This document shows, in pieces, positions 9,282 to 18,968 of a stretch of 27,666 nucleotides of DNA. The notes under the pieces are model-generated. The model made no database searches and was not told where the DNA came from. It worked only from the letters and a program-made list of their open reading frames with translations. Position numbers and translations under genes: made by a program. Where the stretch lies: contig CBDBIJ010000119.1 of assembly GCA_965205655.1 (NCBI GenBank), positions 1-27,666 on the forward strand, in the 5' to 3' direction. The stretch is from Candidatus Latescibacterota bacterium. Its GTDB lineage: Bacteria > Latescibacterota > UBA2968 > UBA8231. The first letter of the stretch is position 1. The number at the start of each line of letters is the position of its first letter.

Positions 9282-11786
9282 ATGTTGAAGAAGTATCTCA
9301 AGCACTACGACGCCGACCACCTGGACCGCATCGCGTTGCCGATCGGTGGGATTGGCACAGGTACTGTTTCGCTGGGGGGCCGAGGAGATCTGCGCGATTG
9401 GGAAATCATGAATCGTCCTGCAAAGGGATTCGTTCCGGGGTACGGCGCCCGGAGCGTCGGACCGTTTTTTGCGCTTCGGGCAAAGCGGGCGGGAGAGGAT
9501 GCCGTAACACGCGCGATCGAGGGACCCTTGAGCCCGGGTGAATTCGAAGGCGCTTCCGGAAGTCGCACTCCCAATCACGGCCTGCCCCGGTTCCGAAACT
9601 GTTCGTTCGACGCCGCCTACCCGTTCGGACGCGTCAATCTGTCCGATCCAGGGGTGCCATTGACTGTGAGTATCGAAGCATTCAACCCACTGATTCCGGG
9701 CAACGCGGAAGACAGCGGCTTGCCGATCGCCGCCATCCGCTTTGTGCTGTCGAACCGTTCGTCCCGGAAGGTGATGGCATCGGTGTGTGGGTCGATCCCC
9801 AACTTTATCGGGAACGATGGGGTCGACAACCTGGCGAGAGCGAACCGCAACCGCTATCGAGATTCATCCGCCGTGCGGGGCCTGTTCATGGATTCGCGCG
9901 GCGTCGATCGCGAGGCCGCTACATGGGGCACGATGGCGCTCGCCACGACGGCGAAATTCTCCACGCTCACCTATCGGACCGCGTGGCGCGCAGCTGGTTG
10001 GGGCACCTCGCTTCTCGATTTCTGGGACGATTTTTCGGCCGACGGGAACCTCACGGCGCGACGATCAGGCGGTGAGGATGTGCCTATGGCTTCTCTGGCG
10101 GCGCGGGTTTCCATGCCCCCGAAATCGCAGCGGACCGTGACCTACCTCATCGCCTGGCATTTTCCGAATCGCTACACCTGGTCGCCATCGAGCGATGACT
10201 GCTGCGCCGCCGATCGCATCGGCAACTACTATGCGACACAGTTCCGCGACGCCTGGGATGTCGCGGTCAGAACGGCGCCCCGCCTGAAATCGCTTGAAGC
10301 CAAGACGGCCGAGTTCGTCGATGCCTTCCGCGACAGCGACCTGCCTGACGTCGTCGTGGAGGCGGCGTCCTTCAACATCAGTACGCTGCGAACGCAGACG
10401 TGCTTTCGGACGCCCGACGGTCGGCTCTACGGCTGGGAGGGATACAACGACAATACCGGCTGCTGCATGGGATCCTGTACGCACGTGTGGAACTACGAGC
10501 AGACGACTGCCTTCCTGTTTGGTAGTCTTGCCCGGTCGATGCGTGAGATCGAGTTCAACCACGCCACTCGAGCTGATGGAATGATGAGCTTCAGAACGCA
10601 TCTGCCGCTCGATCGCGCCTGCGACTTCGGCAAGGCCGCCGCGGACGGTCAAATGGGTTGTGTGGCGAAGGCGTATCGCGACTGGCAGCTGTCCGGAGAC
10701 GACGATTTTCTCGAGCGAATCTGGCCAAACGTTCGTAAAGCGCTCGAGTTCTGCTGGATCCGGGGCGGCTGGGACGGTGATCGCGACGGCGTGATGGAGG
10801 GCTGCCAACACAATACCATGGACGTGGAGTACTACGGTCCCAACCCACAGATGCAGCTATGGTATTTGTGTGCCCTGCGAGCGGCCGAGGAAATGGCACT
10901 GCATCTGCGCCAGGACGACTTCGCAACTACCTGCCGCGCATTGTATGAAAGTGGCCGTCGCTGGACTGACGCACACCTGTTCAACGGCGACTACTACGAG
11001 CACCACGTGCGCCCCCCCAAGCGCGCCCGCGATGTCGCGCCGAGCCTGCGACTGAGCATGGGAGCGGCTGATGTGACCAGGCCGGATTACCAGCTGGCGA
11101 ACGGATGTCTCGTCGATCAACTCGTGGGGCAGTTCATGGCGCACGTGTGTGGCCTCGGGTACCTCGTGAAGCGCGCCAATGTGCGCAAGACCCTGCGAAG
11201 CATCGTGAAGTACAACCGCCGTCGCGGTTTTGTCGATCACTTTAACTGTATGCGCAGCTACGCCATGGGCGAGGAGTCCGCTCTGCTGATGGCCAGCTAC
11301 CCGCACGGTCGACCGGCGAATCCCTTTTCCTACTTCACTGAGGTGATGACCGGGTTCGAATACACCGCGGCCATCGGCATGCTCTACGAAGGCCAGGCCT
11401 CGGCCGGGCTGCGCAGCATCGCTGATGTTCGGAACCGGTATGACGGAGCGAAGCGAAGTCCGTTCGACGAGGCCGAATGCGGTCATCACTACGCTCGAGC
11501 CATGATCGCCTGGGCCTCACATCTGGCGCTGACCGGGTTTCACTTCTCGGCGGTCGATGAGGTGATGACATTCGCCGCGAAACCGGGACGCTGGTTCTGG
11601 TCGAACGGATCGGCGTGGGGAACGGTGACCATCAAGCGCGCCAAGAGCTTTCGGGTTTCGCTCCAAATGCTGTCGGGGAAGCTTCGGTTGAAGCGATTTG
11701 TACTGAGCGGCGCCGGGAAGTGTGATTTTGGTCGAGGGATTGCGCTTTCCGACGGGCAGGTTCGCAGATTCAGCGTTGAGAGATAA
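9282..11786 (+). CDS. GH116 family glycoside hydrolase (non-lysosomal glucosylceramidase/beta-glucosidase-like)
   Basis: N-terminal LPIGGIGTGTVSLGGRGDL.DWEI, AFNPLIP, YGWEG...CTHVWNY, ADGQMG, HNTMDVE, EVMTGFEY, ECGHHYARAM; 834 aa. Confidence 0.9.
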   Translation: MLKKYLKHYDADHLDRIALPIGGIGTGTVSLGGRGDLRDWEIMNRPAKGFVPGYGARSVGPFFALRAKRAGEDAVTRAIEGPLSPGEFEGASGSRTPNHGLPRFRNCSFDAAYPFGRVNLSDPGVPLTVSIEAFNPLIPGNAEDSGLPIAAIRFVLSNRSSRKVMASVCGSIPNFIGNDGVDNLARANRNRYRDSSAVRGLFMDSRGVDREAATWGTMALATTAKFSTLTYRTAWRAAGWGTSLLDFWDDFSADGNLTARRSGGEDVPMASLAARVSMPPKSQRTVTYLIAWHFPNRYTWSPSSDDCCAADRIGNYYATQFRDAWDVAVRTAPRLKSLEAKTAEFVDAFRDSDLPDVVVEAASFNISTLRTQTCFRTPDGRLYGWEGYNDNTGCCMGSCTHVWNYEQTTAFLFGSLARSMREIEFNHATRADGMMSFRTHLPLDRACDFGKAAADGQMGCVAKAYRDWQLSGDDDFLERIWPNVRKALEFCWIRGGWDGDRDGVMEGCQHNTMDVEYYGPNPQMQLWYLCALRAAEEMALHLRQDDFATTCRALYESGRRWTDAHLFNGDYYEHHVRPPKRARDVAPSLRLSMGAADVTRPDYQLANGCLVDQLVGQFMAHVCGLGYLVKRANVRKTLRSIVKYNRRRGFVDHFNCMRSYAMGEESALLMASYPHGRPANPFSYFTEVMTGFEYTAAIGMLYEGQASAGLRSIADVRNRYDGAKRSPFDEAECGHHYARAMIAWASHLALTGFHFSAVDEVMTFAAKPGRWFWSNGSAWGTVTIKRAKSFRVSLQMLSGKLRLKRFVLSGAGKCDFGRGIALSDGQVRRFSVER

Positions 11787-11813
11787 GTGCGTCGCCAGGA
11801 TGGGACCAAATGA

Positions 11814-13526
11814 ATGACTGAAAAAGAATTTCGGTATCATTGGCCGCCCCGCATCCTCTGCAATCTGGACGGATGCCATGCCTTCAAATACCTGCGCCGC
11901 CGCAGTCCGGATGACGTCACCGAGGTGATGGCTCCCCTGGCCGGAAACGGCGTTGACGTGGTCTGCGCGCTCGTAGGCGTGAACGACGATCTCAGCTGGC
12001 GGGGCAGCCCGTACGGCGAGGTCTGGGGTGACACCATAGGGAGCAGCATCGACGATCTGCTGACCGACAGCGGCGACCTCCAATCCTCGATCGCCATGCA
12101 CATGGAACCCAGCGACCTGCTGCAGATGGGCTTGCGGGCGATGATCGACGACGGGCATGACGTCTACCAACTCTACATCGATCGGGCCCGCAAACTGGGC
12201 AGCGGGATCTTCGCATCGTTTCGCATGAACGCCGCTAACGCCAACACCGAACATCGCGTTGCTGACGGCCGGCGCTCCGCGTTCACGCTGGAGAACCAGC
12301 ATCTGTTGATTGGAGCAGGGGAGCTCAAGGGCAATGGTCGCGGCTTCAATTTCTGCTGGCAATACAATTGGGCGCACGAAGAGGTTCGCGACCGTTTCCT
12401 CGGCCGCTTCGACGAGGTTCTGACCCGCTATGACGTCGATGGGTTGGAGCTCGATTTCTGTCGCAACTTCCCCTTCTTCAAGCGCTTTCAAGGATTCAAG
12501 CATATAGGTACCATGAATCAGTTCATGGTACGAGCACGAGAGATCGTGAAACGCCATGAAGAGCGCAAACAGCGGGAGATCAAAGTGATGTGCCGGGTGG
12601 CATCCAGTCTGGATGCCTGCGCCGAGCAGGGCCTGGATGCCGAACACTGGATTAGGGAAGGCTTGATCGACATCGTCGCGATCTCCTCCATGGGTCACTG
12701 GCAGCTGGAAAACGATGTTTCAAGAGCCGTGGCCGCCGCCGAGAAGAGCCGTACCCTGATTTACGTGGGATCCTCCGTTGTTCCTCCGGCCTCACCGCAG
12801 GAGGGGTATGAGTCTGGACAACCGACGGTCCGGCGGGGGATTGCGCTGAACGCATACCGCCAGGGAGCGTCAGGGGTCCATCTGTTCAACTACGACTACG
12901 CCCACGAACGCGCCCTGCCGGTGGCCGAGGACGATCCGTGCGATCTGCCGGAGGTGGAATACCCACCTCTGTTCAGCGGACGCATGGGTGTGTACGCGAG
13001 CGATCGCTTCACCCGAAGGGACCTGCAGTTGTTGCGCGATCTAGCCGACCCGGAGCGTCTCGCCGGTTTGAATCGTTGTTACAACCTTTGCGCCGTGAAG
13101 TGTCCCGGCGACTTCGAAGCGCAGATCCCGTACAAGATCTCGATTTGGGGCCGGGGTGCGGGCCCGCTCCACGCCATGCGCCTGTGCGTGGAGGATGACA
13201 TTGAAGAAGGTCTGGCCAGCGGGCGCATCCGGAAAACTGAATTGCGCTTGCGGCTAAGCGAACACGAACTGAGTCTCGATCGCCTCAGCTGCGAGGTGAA
13301 TGGGAGGAAGTTGGCGCTGAATGTGGCACGAACCATTGAAAATTCATTCGGCGCATCCTGGCTGGTTGTGAACGATCCGCCACTAGTCAACGGCGAGAAC
13401 AGGGTGTTGGTATTGATGGAGGGCACCCACTCGCCCAGCGGCTGGCATCGCACCGGCCCCGGGGTGGGACCGAACTGGCCGACTCTCGAGCAGTGTGAGC
13501 TGTTGGTTTTGTGCGGCGATGAGTAA
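11814..13526 (+). CDS. Putative glycoside hydrolase, GHL10/DUF187-like TIM barrel with C-terminal beta domain
   Basis: FASFRMN, NWAHEEVRD, RYDVDGLELDFCR, GLDAEHWIREGLID, GASGVHLFNY; 28 bp after GH116. Confidence 0.65.
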   Translation: MTEKEFRYHWPPRILCNLDGCHAFKYLRRRSPDDVTEVMAPLAGNGVDVVCALVGVNDDLSWRGSPYGEVWGDTIGSSIDDLLTDSGDLQSSIAMHMEPSDLLQMGLRAMIDDGHDVYQLYIDRARKLGSGIFASFRMNAANANTEHRVADGRRSAFTLENQHLLIGAGELKGNGRGFNFCWQYNWAHEEVRDRFLGRFDEVLTRYDVDGLELDFCRNFPFFKRFQGFKHIGTMNQFMVRAREIVKRHEERKQREIKVMCRVASSLDACAEQGLDAEHWIREGLIDIVAISSMGHWQLENDVSRAVAAAEKSRTLIYVGSSVVPPASPQEGYESGQPTVRRGIALNAYRQGASGVHLFNYDYAHERALPVAEDDPCDLPEVEYPPLFSGRMGVYASDRFTRRDLQLLRDLADPERLAGLNRCYNLCAVKCPGDFEAQIPYKISIWGRGAGPLHAMRLCVEDDIEEGLASGRIRKTELRLRLSEHELSLDRLSCEVNGRKLALNVARTIENSFGASWLVVNDPPLVNGENRVLVLMEGTHSPSGWHRTGPGVGPNWPTLEQCELLVLCGDE

Positions 13527-13649
13527 GGTGAACTTCCTGACTTGGCCCCCGGCGCCGAAGTTCTGGGCAGCGATGGCAAAGTCTTGGGCGCAGCGGTTGC
13601 CTAGGCGGTCGCAGCCATCGCCTGTTCCGCCAGCACCAGCGTCGCGCCC

Positions 13650-13937
13650 CGAAGGGTGTATCGTCGTGCCAGGGCACGGTCACCTCGTCCCAGTGGGGGA
13701 GCTTGGGACGCAAGCGATGGCGGCCTTCGCAGTGGACTTCAGAGCTTGGCCAGCCGCCTCTCGAAGCCGTGCTCGGCGTGGAGTGACTTGACCAACCCCT
13801 TGGCGTAGTACTCGCGCGCGCGCTCGTCTACCTCAGCGCTGATGTCGTCGATGAGGGGTTAGCTCTCCGGGCTCGAGAAGACCCCTGAACAGGACGTAGC
13901 CCTGCTCGTCGTAGTGCTGTCTCTGTGCCGGTGTCAT
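13650..13937 (-). pseudogene. PhyH-like dioxygenase remnant
   Basis: Manual translation MTPAQRQHYDEQGYVLFRGLLEPGE/PLIDDISAEVDERAREYY...VTVPWHDD; indels and deletions; left boundary approximate. Confidence 0.6.
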
Positions 13938-13968
13938 AGCCCACCGCTCTAAGGGGCCTCAGCGCCTG

Positions 13969-14319
13969 CTACTCCCAGTGGGTTGCCGCGTCCAGCTGCG
14001 GGTAGGCCCAGACCATGCGGCACGGTCTACCGGACCTGTTGTGAAACTTGTGAGACATGCCGACCGGTACCAGCATGCCGTCACCGGGCTCCAACTCGAA
14101 TTCTTCATCGCCGAGCCACACCGTCGTGCTGCCCTCGAAAACATGGAAAGCCTCTTGAACATCGTGGTGATGTCATTCGACAACTGAGCCAGGCTCGAAC
14201 ACCAGGTCTCCCATGGTCATCAGGTCCGATCCCGCTTTCGCGTCAACCATTACGCGCTCACCGTATCCCACGATGCCATACGTGACTGTATCCCGTTCTT
14301 TTGACTTCACTACCGGCAT
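13969..14319 (-). pseudogene. Cupin-domain protein with one in-frame TGA
   Basis: MPVVKSKERD...FEPGSVVE*HHHDVQEAFHVFEG...FELEPGDGMLVPVGMSHKFHN...WE*; AAGGAG RBS; TGA at 14173-14175. Confidence 0.8.
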
Positions 14320-14376
14320 TTTATCCGCTCCTTTCGATGTGTAGCTGGATAATCAGCCTCTGCGAGCTGCCGATCC

Positions 14377-14653
14377 TCATGTCGTTCGAGATTCGAGCGC
14401 GATTACGATGATGGTCTGATCGTCCTCCTGAGGTCGTTCCCCACTGAATGTTCCGACCTCAGAAAAAATAAGCTCCAATAATCCGTCGGCCGACAGTTCA
14501 TCCTAGCCCCTATGGATGGTCTCGGCAGTGCCCTCGAAGCCGAAAAACCCACCTTCTGCGTTCACCGTCTCCATGATGCCGTCTGAACAAAAGACCAGCC
14601 AGTCCCCTGGCTCCAGCTTGCTCTCGATGGCTATGTAGGATGTCTCAGCGCGG
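14377..14653 (-). pseudogene. SpoIIE/PP2C phosphatase C-terminal fragment, 5' part lost at IS
   Basis: LEPGDWLVFCSDGIMETVNAEG.FFG...FSGERPQEDDQTIIVI with an internal TAG. Confidence 0.82.
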
Positions 14654-16080
14654 GGTCAAGTCCCATTTTCAGTTGAAACAGAGCACAGGCTCGGGTGATG
14701 TTCTCAGCCCGTCATCGCGAGCTGTTTGATGCCGAGCTTGGTTTGAAGAGCTTGACGGAGCGTTGACAGGTGGTGGTAGCCCTTGACTCTGCGCAGTCGG
14801 TCCTCGATGTCGAGCAGCGCCGTGGCTGCCCAGCGGTGACGCTGCGAGGAGTTCGTCCAGTGCCGCACGTTGCGCGTGAGCTGGCCCAGGAGGCTGTTGA
14901 CGTTCTCGATGCAGTTGGTGGTGCGGAAGGAATCCTTGAGCATCGGCATCAGTCCCAGGCGATGGAGCGTCAGGGTTTCTTCCAGGCCTTCCTCGAGGCT
15001 CTTCAGAGCAGATTGGTTCATCAGTTTCAGACCGGGCTTGAGCGCTTTCAGGGTCGCCTTCGCCTCTTCGTAGGTGGGCTTATTGTAGGCCGCCTCAATC
15101 TTGCGACGGACTCGGGCCTGTTCACTTTTCGGCAGGTACGACACGACGTTCTTGCGCTTGTGATACTGGCAGCGCTGCACACAGGCATGGCCCTTCAGCA
15201 CCGACATTACCGCCTTGTAGAGGCCCTTGGCGCCGTCGATCAACACCAGCAACCCGGCCTCGTATTGCAGGCCCCTGTCGACCAAGTCGGCCAGGAAGCG
15301 GCGACAGACGCGCTCGTTCTCGGTGGCGGCCTCCACGAAACCCAGCGGGATCTTGTGCCCGTCAAGGGTGACGCCCAGAGCGATGATGAGCTCTTCGTCC
15401 GCGAAGCTCTTGCCGTCGAGAAACAGCGCCACCAGGTCGTAGCCTTCCAGGGAGCGCTCCTGGAATTCGGCCAGCTTGCGAGCCGTGCCCTTCACGTAGC
15501 GACGGGAGACCGACGAGCGTGACAGGCCGAACGTCTCCGGTACGGTCTCGGCGCAGTCCTCGTAGTTGCGAGTGGCGATACCCTTCAACACCTTCTGCAG
15601 CAGTCCTTCGTCCATTTTCCGGGGCGTCTGCAGGGCCTGGTAGGCGTCCAGCGCGACCTCCGTGTCGCTGTCGACGTTGCGTACCCGGGGCACCTCTACG
15701 GGTACCTTCTGATCACCCAGATATACCGATCCCCGCTGAGAGCCCCAGCGACGGTACGGCTGATCTGACTCCTTGCGTTGATACCGGCGCCCGGCCAATT
15801 CCATGACCGCCCTCTGCAGCTCTTCGGCCACCGCCTCCAGTCCGAGAGGGACCAGCAGCTGGATCGCCTCGATTCTAGCATCCAGATCCTCTGCCACAGC
15901 TCCTGCCGCTGGATCCACGGTGCCGATTTCAACCGTGCGTTTGACGCGCTTCTTCCGTGCTGATAGCTTGCCCATTGCAGGCTCCTTTCTTGTTACCCAC
16001 ACGAGATTCTTTCCAGGATTTCTCGTAAGAAGGTAACGATGGGGAGCCTGTGCTGTTTCAACTAAAATCGGGACCATGCC
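14654..16080 (-). mobile_element. IS256-family element type B, complete
   Basis: Both IRs present, 1427 bp; no flanking target duplication. Confidence 0.92.
14704..15975 (-). CDS. IS256-family transposase
   Basis: Intact ORF with LDG/IDG/QRCQYH/TTNCIE; AAGGAG RBS before MGKLSARKK. Confidence 0.92.
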   Translation of the reverse strand: MGKLSARKKRVKRTVEIGTVDPAAGAVAEDLDARIEAIQLLVPLGLEAVAEELQRAVMELAGRRYQRKESDQPYRRWGSQRGSVYLGDQKVPVEVPRVRNVDSDTEVALDAYQALQTPRKMDEGLLQKVLKGIATRNYEDCAETVPETFGLSRSSVSRRYVKGTARKLAEFQERSLEGYDLVALFLDGKSFADEELIIALGVTLDGHKIPLGFVEAATENERVCRRFLADLVDRGLQYEAGLLVLIDGAKGLYKAVMSVLKGHACVQRCQYHKRKNVVSYLPKSEQARVRRKIEAAYNKPTYEEAKATLKALKPGLKLMNQSALKSLEEGLEETLTLHRLGLMPMLKDSFRTTNCIENVNSLLGQLTRNVRHWTNSSQRHRWAATALLDIEDRLRRVKGYHHLSTLRQALQTKLGIKQLAMTG

Positions 16081-16627
16081 CATCGGCCTGCTGCTCGACA
16101 GTGACGGGGACGACGACTACCAGGCGGGAAACTTTTCGCAGGGAACGGGGTATTTCTTCGCGCTGGGTCTTCTGGTGGATCGTCGAGGGAACGATCTTTA
16201 TCGCGGCAGCCGCTACTGTCAGGGCGCCAGCGCTCATCAGGCGGTGGGGGTTCTGCTGGAGGGGGACGGTGACGATTCCTATCTGGGCGGACAGGGCGCC
16301 AACCAGGGAGGAGCCTGGGATGCCTCAGTGAGTATTCTTGAGGATCGAGCCGGTGACGATCGCTACGAGGGGCAGGGGCTCTCGCAGGGCGCGGCAGCAA
16401 TGAACGGAGTAGGTCTGCTCTTTGACTGGGGAGGCCGGGACCGCTACTTCTCGACCTCAGGGCAGGGAGACGGCGGCAGCACGACGTACTGGGGAGGGCG
16501 TGGGGCGCAGAACGTGGGAATTTTCATCGATGCGGGGGGGGACGCGGGAGACGAGTACGGCCTGACCGATCGCGCCAACGATACGGAGTTCAGCGCCAGT
16601 CGCGTCGGCATTTTCACGGATCACTGA
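16081..16627 (+). pseudogene. C-terminal fragment of a Gly/Asp-rich repeat protein, 5' part lost at IS
   Basis: About six GhLhDxxGxDxY units (GLLLDSDGDDDY, GLLVDRRGNDLY, GVLLEGDGDDSY, SILEDRAGDDRY, GLLFDWGGRDRY, GIFIDAGG..DEY); the ORF-track ATG comes from the IS end. Confidence 0.7.
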
Positions 16628-16648
16628 ACGGAGAGAAGAGAGCGCCGC

Positions 16649-17024
16649 ATGAAACTCATCATGTTCAGCAAGATGCACAAAAAGAAGAGCATCGCCGAAC
16701 TCATCGAGCTGGCTCACGGACTGAAACTCGATGGTTACGACTTGGCGGTGCGGAAGGGTTATCCGGTCAACCCCAAGAATGCGGTAAAAGAGCTGGCTCC
16801 CGCAGTTCGGGCGATGGAACAGGAGGGACTCTCCGTCCCGATGGTGACCGCAGAGGGAGACTTGCTGCTGCCGGACCACCCGACGGCCGAGCCGCTCGTA
16901 GCCGCGATGGGAGGAGCGGGCGTATCCCTGTTGAAACTCGGATACTACAAGCTCGATCCGGAGGTTCAGGACTACTGGAGTGAGGTGGACAGGATCCGCA
17001 CTGTCTTCGCGGGTTGGGCGGAGT
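16649..17024 (+). pseudogene. Sugar-phosphate isomerase/epimerase (xylose isomerase-like TIM barrel) N-terminus, truncated by IS
   Basis: MKLIMFSKM...GLKLDGYDLAVRKGYPVNP...EGLSVPMVT...LKLGYY; runs into IS IR at 17025. Confidence 0.72.
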
Positions 17025-17910
17025 GGTCAAGGCCCAGTTTCAGTTGAAACAAATCACAGGCTCGGGTGAGTGTGTCAGCCCATCATCGCGAGCTGTTTGA
17101 TGCCGAGTTCGGCTTGTATGGCTTGCCGGAGCATCGGCAGATGGCGATAGCCCTTGACCCTGCGCAGACGTGGTTCGATGTCGAGCAGTGCCGTGGCTAC
17201 CCAACGGTGACGCTGTGATGAGTTGGTCCAGCGTCGCACGTTGTGTGTGAGCTGCTCCAGGAGACTGTTGACGTTCTCGATGCAGTTGGTGGTGCGGAAG
17301 GAATCCTTGAGCATCGGCGTCAGTCCCAACCGATGGAGTGTGAGGGTCTCTTCCATGCCTTCCTCGAGGCTGTGTAGGGCGGACTGATTCATCAACTTCA
17401 AGCCCGGTTTGAGCGCGTCCAGTGCCGCCTTGGCCGCCTCGTATCTCGGTTTGCCGTAGGCCGCCTCCATCTTGCGACCCATACCGGACTGCTCGCTTTT
17501 GGACAGATACGACACGACGTTCTGGCGCTTGTGATACTGGCAGCGCTGCACGCAGGCATGTCCTTTGAGCACCGACATCACCGCCTTGTAAAGCCCCTTG
17601 GCGCCGTCGATGACGACCAACAGTCCGGCTTCGTACTGCATACCGCGTTCGACCAGATCGGACAGGAAGCGACGGCAGACGCGCTCGTTTTCCGTGGCCG
17701 CCTGCACGAAGCCAAGAGGAATCTTCTGTCCGTCGAGGGTGACGCCCAGGGCGATGATGATCTCCTCGTCCGCGAAGCTCTTGCCGTCGAGGAATAGCGC
17801 CACCAGATCATATCCTTCCAGGGATCGCTCCTGGAATTCAGCCAGCTTTCGAGCCGTGCCTTTCACGTAACGACAGGACACCGATGAGGATGACAGACCA
17901 AAGGCCTCGG
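17025..17910 (-). mobile_element. IS256-family element type A, 5'-truncated copy
   Basis: Essentially identical to 5404-6289; breaks off abruptly at 17910. Confidence 0.92.
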
Positions 17911-17936
17911 GAGCTAAGGTCAAATAGTGTGTAAAC
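17911..17936. repeat. Isolated terminal IR resembling that of the IS256 type C element
   Basis: GAGCTAAGGTCAAATAGTGTGTAAAC vs GAGCTAGGGTCAAATGGTGTGTAAAC at 24356-24381 (2 mismatches). Confidence 0.85.
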
Positions 17937-18416
17937 AATCCCTGATCGGGTCCGCTCCACCCGCGACTGCGCTTGAGGCGCGCCCGCACGTAGACGGCCA
18001 GTTTCCTGGCGACTGCCCTCGCCCTCGCGGCCCGATGTGCACACCCTCGTGGCCACCGGAGGCGACGACACGCTGAACTGCACGAAGTCGAGCCGGGCGC
18101 CAGCCCCTCCCCGGACATGGGAGGCAAAGTCGCCTCGCAACTGCACGAACCTGCGCGGCTTGTCGCTGACCAGATCGACCTGCCGCTGCGAGAAAGCCAG
18201 GGGCGAGGTCCAGTCCGCCGTAATATCTCATGTAAGTATATGATATAACATGCGTGAGATTTCTTCTTACACCACTTCCGTCACCCCTGTAATCACCCTT
18301 TGCGCATGGGGTAACGGAATCCCATGGGCCCCATCCCCCGCTGCCCCGCTCGAACCGATAGGTCGTCCCGTGGGGCCTCGCCTCACGCCTTATCGTCCTG
18401 CCACCTCCGCAGTGGT

Positions 18417-18589
18417 GTCAACGGGGCCGAAACCCGGCGACCACACAATCCGCACCGAGCCCAGAGACCGCTTCGAGCACGCTCAACGAAGGCCGGGGCC
18501 GAAACCCCGGCGACACCTCCTCTATCACGAGCAGCCCGTGGGCGTGAGCGACCGCTCAACGAAGGCCGGGGCCGAGACCCCGGCGACAC
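18417..18589 (-). CRISPR. Mini CRISPR array: 2 full repeats, 1 degenerate terminal repeat, 2 spacers (type I-G/I-U-like)
   Basis: GCTCAACGAAGGCCGGGGCCGA(A/G)ACCCCGGCGACAC at 18481-18516 and 18554-18589, degenerate copy 18417-18444; spacers of 36 and 37 bp; CCGGGG/CCCCGG hairpin; cas2 remnant 200 bp away. Confidence 0.88.
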
Positions 18590-18788
18590 TGCTAATCGGC
18601 GCGGAACACCTTCATGGACGCAACTCGGTACCCGATCTGGGAACGACTGACTGCGATGTCGACCACCTGTTCGGCCCGTATTTGGCTGTGGATGTCGTCA
18701 TGGACCCGCAGATGCCTCGAAATCTGCGGCAAGTCACACCTTGGAGCCACGCGGCGCTTGAATCACCGAGGGTTCGCAAGTTTCCAGT
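18590..18788 (-). promoter_or_regulatory. Probable CRISPR leader
   Basis: Lies between the cas2 stop and first full repeat, opposite the degenerate repeat. Confidence 0.55.
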
Positions 18789-18968
18789 TCAGAGCACCCA
18801 AGGCTCGCCGAGCTCGTGAGGGCCGATCCGGCCAAACCGGATCCGAGCTTCCGAAATGCCACCCTTGAACCGGTAAACTATCACCGAATCAGCTCGTTCG
18901 TCGAACGCATCTTGGACCTCCCCCAGCATGCGCGCCATGCGGCTTGGGGACAAGCGACACTCAAATTG
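18789..18968 (-). pseudogene. cas2: Cas2 C-terminal half
   Basis: FECRLSPSRMARMLGEVQDAFDERADSVIVYRF...L* matches the Cas2 (SV)FECxL...D..DSVxxY pattern; N-terminal YD motif missing; adjacent to array. Confidence 0.78.

Noticed and set aside
11517..12698. 393-aa minus-strand ORF, and similarly 24463-25488 and 14770-15522
   Set aside because: Antisense shadows of recognised genes.
14173..14175. Selenocysteine or TGA=Trp recoding in the cupin
   Set aside because: No evident SECIS hairpin; TGA terminates many genes here; neighbours carry TAG/TAA nonsense codons, so a point mutation is simpler.
17075..18127. 350-aa transposase with a novel N-terminus
   Set aside because: Chance read-through across the 17910 breakpoint and the lone IR.
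18445..18553. Spacers targeting sequences inside this window
   Set aside because: No match noticed by eye; needs a proper alignment search.
18250..18819. 189-aa ORF with an internal repeat
   Set aside because: The repeat is the translated CRISPR repeat; not a protein.
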